DNA of 64,000 nt from Hormiphora californensis (lineage: Eukaryota > Animalia > Ctenophora). Every line of letters starts with the position of its first letter. Position 1 is the stretch's first letter. Shown here piece by piece: positions 37,234-64,000 of this stretch. Below the pieces are notes generated by a model. It was given only the letters and a program-made list of their open reading frames with translations. It was not told where the DNA came from and made no database searches. The translations under genes were made by a program, and so were the position numbers. Location: the NCBI GenBank assembly GCA_020137815.1, contig CM035359.1, forward strand, positions 3,844,001 through 3,908,000, read 5' to 3'.

Positions 37234-37274
37234 CTCAATAAATAGTTTTACGTTGTAGTTGATGAAAGTTTGAA
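37234..37274 (-). other. Spliced-leader-like 41-mer at the LINE 5' end
   Basis: TTCAAACTTTCATCAACTACAACGTAAAACTATTTATTGAG. Length, TTCAAACTTT start, AT richness and TTGAG end resemble ctenophore SL exons as recalled from the literature; not verified by a search. Confidence 0.6.
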
Positions 37275-37423
37275 GTAGGAGTAAAATACCCAGGGATCGA
37301 TGTGAAGGAGGTTGGGAAAAGACCCAGGGATCGATGTGGAGCAAGGTAGGGAAAGGACCAGGAATCGATGTGGAGGAGGTAGGAGTAAAGGACCCAGGGA
37401 TCGATGTGGAGGAGGTAGGAGTA

Positions 37424-37571
37424 GAGGCCCCTCGGAAATGTTCAAGTCATGCACAATCAAGTCACGCCCACCAATCACAGCTCAGAACGCGCGGAGTGCT
37501 TCGCGCGTTCTGAGCTGTGATTGGTGGGCGTGACTTGATTGTGCATGACTTGAACATTTCCGAGGGGCCTC
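37424..37571. repeat. Perfect ~70-bp-arm palindrome (MITE-like) containing CCAAT and GC-box-like motifs
   Basis: GAGGCCCCTCGGAAATG...CACGCCCACCAATCACAG...GCGCG, 8-nt spacer, then the exact reverse complement. Confidence 0.9.
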
Positions 37572-38329
37572 CGAGTTGAAATTCTTGAAGTTCGAACTTT
37601 TCAAGCATTTTTCAACTCGGTTTTTCTCAAATGTTGTGCGCGGCGCGACATTTTGCAAGAAATAAATTCGCGGCTTTTGATTTGCGCGCGCCAAAGAAGC
37701 TCTGGCAAGGACCGCCGAATTCGTTTGTCCTGTTTGCAGATTGATAACTTTAACTTGTCCATAACTTGCAAGCATTTTGCTTGAAGCTGAAGCACCCGTC
37801 GCGTAAAACAGTGATAATATAACCATTCATCACGATCTAAAACCGTCATACTGATTGATGTTGATTGTCATGTTGAAATTGAAAAAAATGTTCTTTGGGT
37901 TGAGAAAATGAATTTGGGAATACATTTAACACATGGATCAGACATTAACACAAATGATCTCTAGATAACTTGTCAACAAACATTTTCAAATCCATTTGAA
38001 GAAGATGACATAATATGAAGTCAACTATTCATATTCCAGGTCGCAAACTTAACTAGCTCATATTTGAAAAAAAGGAACATTACATACTTTTACAGTATGA
38101 ATTTTATATTAATCCCATAATTACTTACAGGGATCAGTCTAGTGATGGGGGTTGACTAACATCTAAACATAAATCTAGAGACAACTCCGTCTCCATATTT
38201 TTGGAAACCGTGGTGCGGGGTGCTCTCGGCTCGGGTTGAGTCGCCTGAGACACGGTATGAACAAGGATGGTGAGATTCCTTCCCACGCCCTTGAGATGCA
38301 GGCCGCGGCTAATGTCTATTTTTTTAGAT

Positions 38330-47784
<9,455 letters not shown>

Positions 47785-48000
47785 CTGTGGAAAACATGTT
47801 TGGGTTATAGACATTAGAATTTCACATTTTCTCAGAATACTTGTGCACTTGCGGGGAGCACTTGATTTATTAACGTATCTTTAGATAATAAAACGAACAT
47901 TGTGTCACCAAACACACATTTACCAAAATATTAACGAGCAACAGACATTTAAACAAGTTGGAACAATATATTCGTAAGACAGTCGGTAACAGGACAATTT

Positions 48001-48104
48001 CAGGAACCGACCGAATCAGGAAGTACTGGTCCCTGATTGGCTGATAACCAGTCACGTGACCTAAATAGTGAGTTCTGATTGGTTGTTTACTTGTTTCGGT
48101 CGGT
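48001..48104. repeat. CCAAT/GTCACGTGAC repeat copy (another at 51696-51787)
   Basis: CAGGAACCGACCGAATCAGG ... TTTCGGTCGGT. Confidence 0.85.
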
Positions 48105-48259
48105 AACAGGACATTTTGTTACCAAGTTCCAAGACATTCCAGAGATAGAATCACACTAACACAATATGTTAGTTAGAGTCTAGTCAGTCTATAAGATGCT
48201 GTTCGGTCAGACCATTCACAGCCTCTCACCTATACTGAAATATATTTCATTCTTTGCAT

Positions 48260-62600
<14,341 letters not shown>

Positions 62601-63113
62601 CGGCCTTTTATTGAAAGGGACGAGAGATGAAGGGGATTATTTATCTTCTACATCTTTGGGGGTCCAGACCTTATCAATCTCCTTACTTGTTGATTTGCTT
62701 CAATGATCTCTCTGGCTCTAAACTTAGTTAATTATGGCCATGTTTTGTCATACTAAACACAATTTTTTAACCTCATCCAAGACTTGGTTCCTGTCCCATA
62801 TATTTGCTCCTGCTAAACAAATAAAAGTGCATCGGAGTGAGAAGAAATGGGAAATCTTGCATATATTACTCAAGCTTCTCTCTGATTGGCTAATTCATCA
62901 ATGTCACGTGACAAATGCTAAGGCCTTCGTTTGTTTGTGTCAGAAATATTTTCTACCTCAAATCTTCACATCTTTGGTTGACTAACAATATTTTGTTAAT
63001 ATCTTAGCAATATAAGCAACTATTTTACTTGCCCAAACTCTCCAACAACATGTATAGTGCAACTGCTTTTTAATGGTAACTCCCTACTTAACTTCAACCA
63101 CCCCATAGCTACC

Positions 63114-63918
63114 ATGGAAGTAATGTCAATGCCAACGGAAAGTGACAAACAGACCTCCCTGGACCAAAGTGACGATGTTAACAACTCTATCGGCTGCCAA
63201 ACAGCTCTATCCTACGCTCGACAGGACACGCTCGTACCACTTACATCACTCCTGCAGCTGGTGAACAATTCTATTCTCACTGTTATGGAGAATATAGGTA
63301 AGCATGAACTGACTTTGATTCTACCTAACTTGCAATCTACACTATTCTTATCAATTTAGTATCATCATGATATCGTTGTTTTATCATTAGTATCATATTA
63401 TATCGTTTTTTATATCTTGTTAATACACTATCTCTCTCCTTCAGAAAAAGTTCTACTGGTAAACCCTGCCGATGAGAATTTGTTTAGTATTGAGAACATG
63501 AACAACTTTTGGACGGCCGCTATTTCTGCTGCATCTTCCCCTAACTCGGTAATTATTTATCAATTACATAATTAATAATTCATTAATCATTGTGCAACAA
63601 ATATTTAGTGAACTAATTTATCCCACTTTGGGTTGTTTATTATGCTACTCAAATGTTCACCCTTTCTTACCCCTCCTCCTCCAGCAGGGAACCCAGATAA
63701 CAGCATCAGTGGCACCAACCCAACCCCAGCAACTCCGGGTACCCTCACCGGACCGGCCCGTGGATGTAACCAACACCGATAAATTGGAGATCCATATCGA
63801 GGAGCCCCCAGAGAAGAAGTGCTGTGTGGGACATGGACCTACCACCACCACAACCAGTATGACGGACCAGGCCCTTCTTGCTCAAGGTGTCAGGACTCAG
63901 GCCATCCTAGCTCAACAG
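63114..63918 (+). CDS. 5' coding exons of an unidentified gene that continues beyond the window
   Basis: ACCATGG start. Phase-compatible GT-AG exons 63114-63297, 63445-63548 and 63685-63918 give an open S/T/P/Q-rich frame with no recognised domain. Confidence 0.65.
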
Positions 63919-64000
63919 GTAGGAAATATGGGATGTTTCGAGTCTTTCTTAGTTGTGTGGCTCACACCGTCATTTTATTTCGGTAGATCACTTTCTCAGC

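Larger units (their letters stand above)
31756..37274 (-). mobile_element. Full-length intact LINE (L2/Crack/CR1 group), about 5.5 kb
   Basis: Two uninterrupted ORFs, a 3'UTR with a ~33-bp minisatellite and a (TCTTGTAA)n tail at 31756-31782. Confidence 0.92.

Overview
Eukaryotic, intron-rich and repeat-rich animal DNA. It is most likely ctenophore (Pleurobrachia-like), inferred from the recurring short repeat families and a ctenophore-type spliced-leader-like sequence. Genes that can be reconstructed: a partial SLC6 transporter (+, 1.5-3.1 kb); an almost intronless ankyrin-repeat TRPA-like channel whose C-terminus is cut by a transposon end (-); a secreted SRCR plus Ly6/three-finger locus with a duplicated SRCR exon (+); FoxJ1 (-); the C-terminal two-thirds of coatomer alpha (COPA, -), with two small secreted-peptide ORFs nested antisense in one intron; and the 5' exons of an unidentified gene at the window end. 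Mobile DNA includes an intact two-ORF LINE (PHD and zinc-knuckle ORF1, APE-RT ORF2), two truncated LINEs, a probable SINE and many MITE/foldback elements. The most striking observation is that the intact LINE begins with a 41-nt spliced-leader-like sequence and sits inside the 3'UTR minisatellite of an older copy of its own family. Several stretches look like low-quality long-read consensus (about 11.6-12.6, 25.6-28.7, 38.1-39.6 and 53.1-54.3 kb), and single-base frameshifts occur even in COPA and FoxJ1, so indels here should not be read as pseudogenisation without read support.
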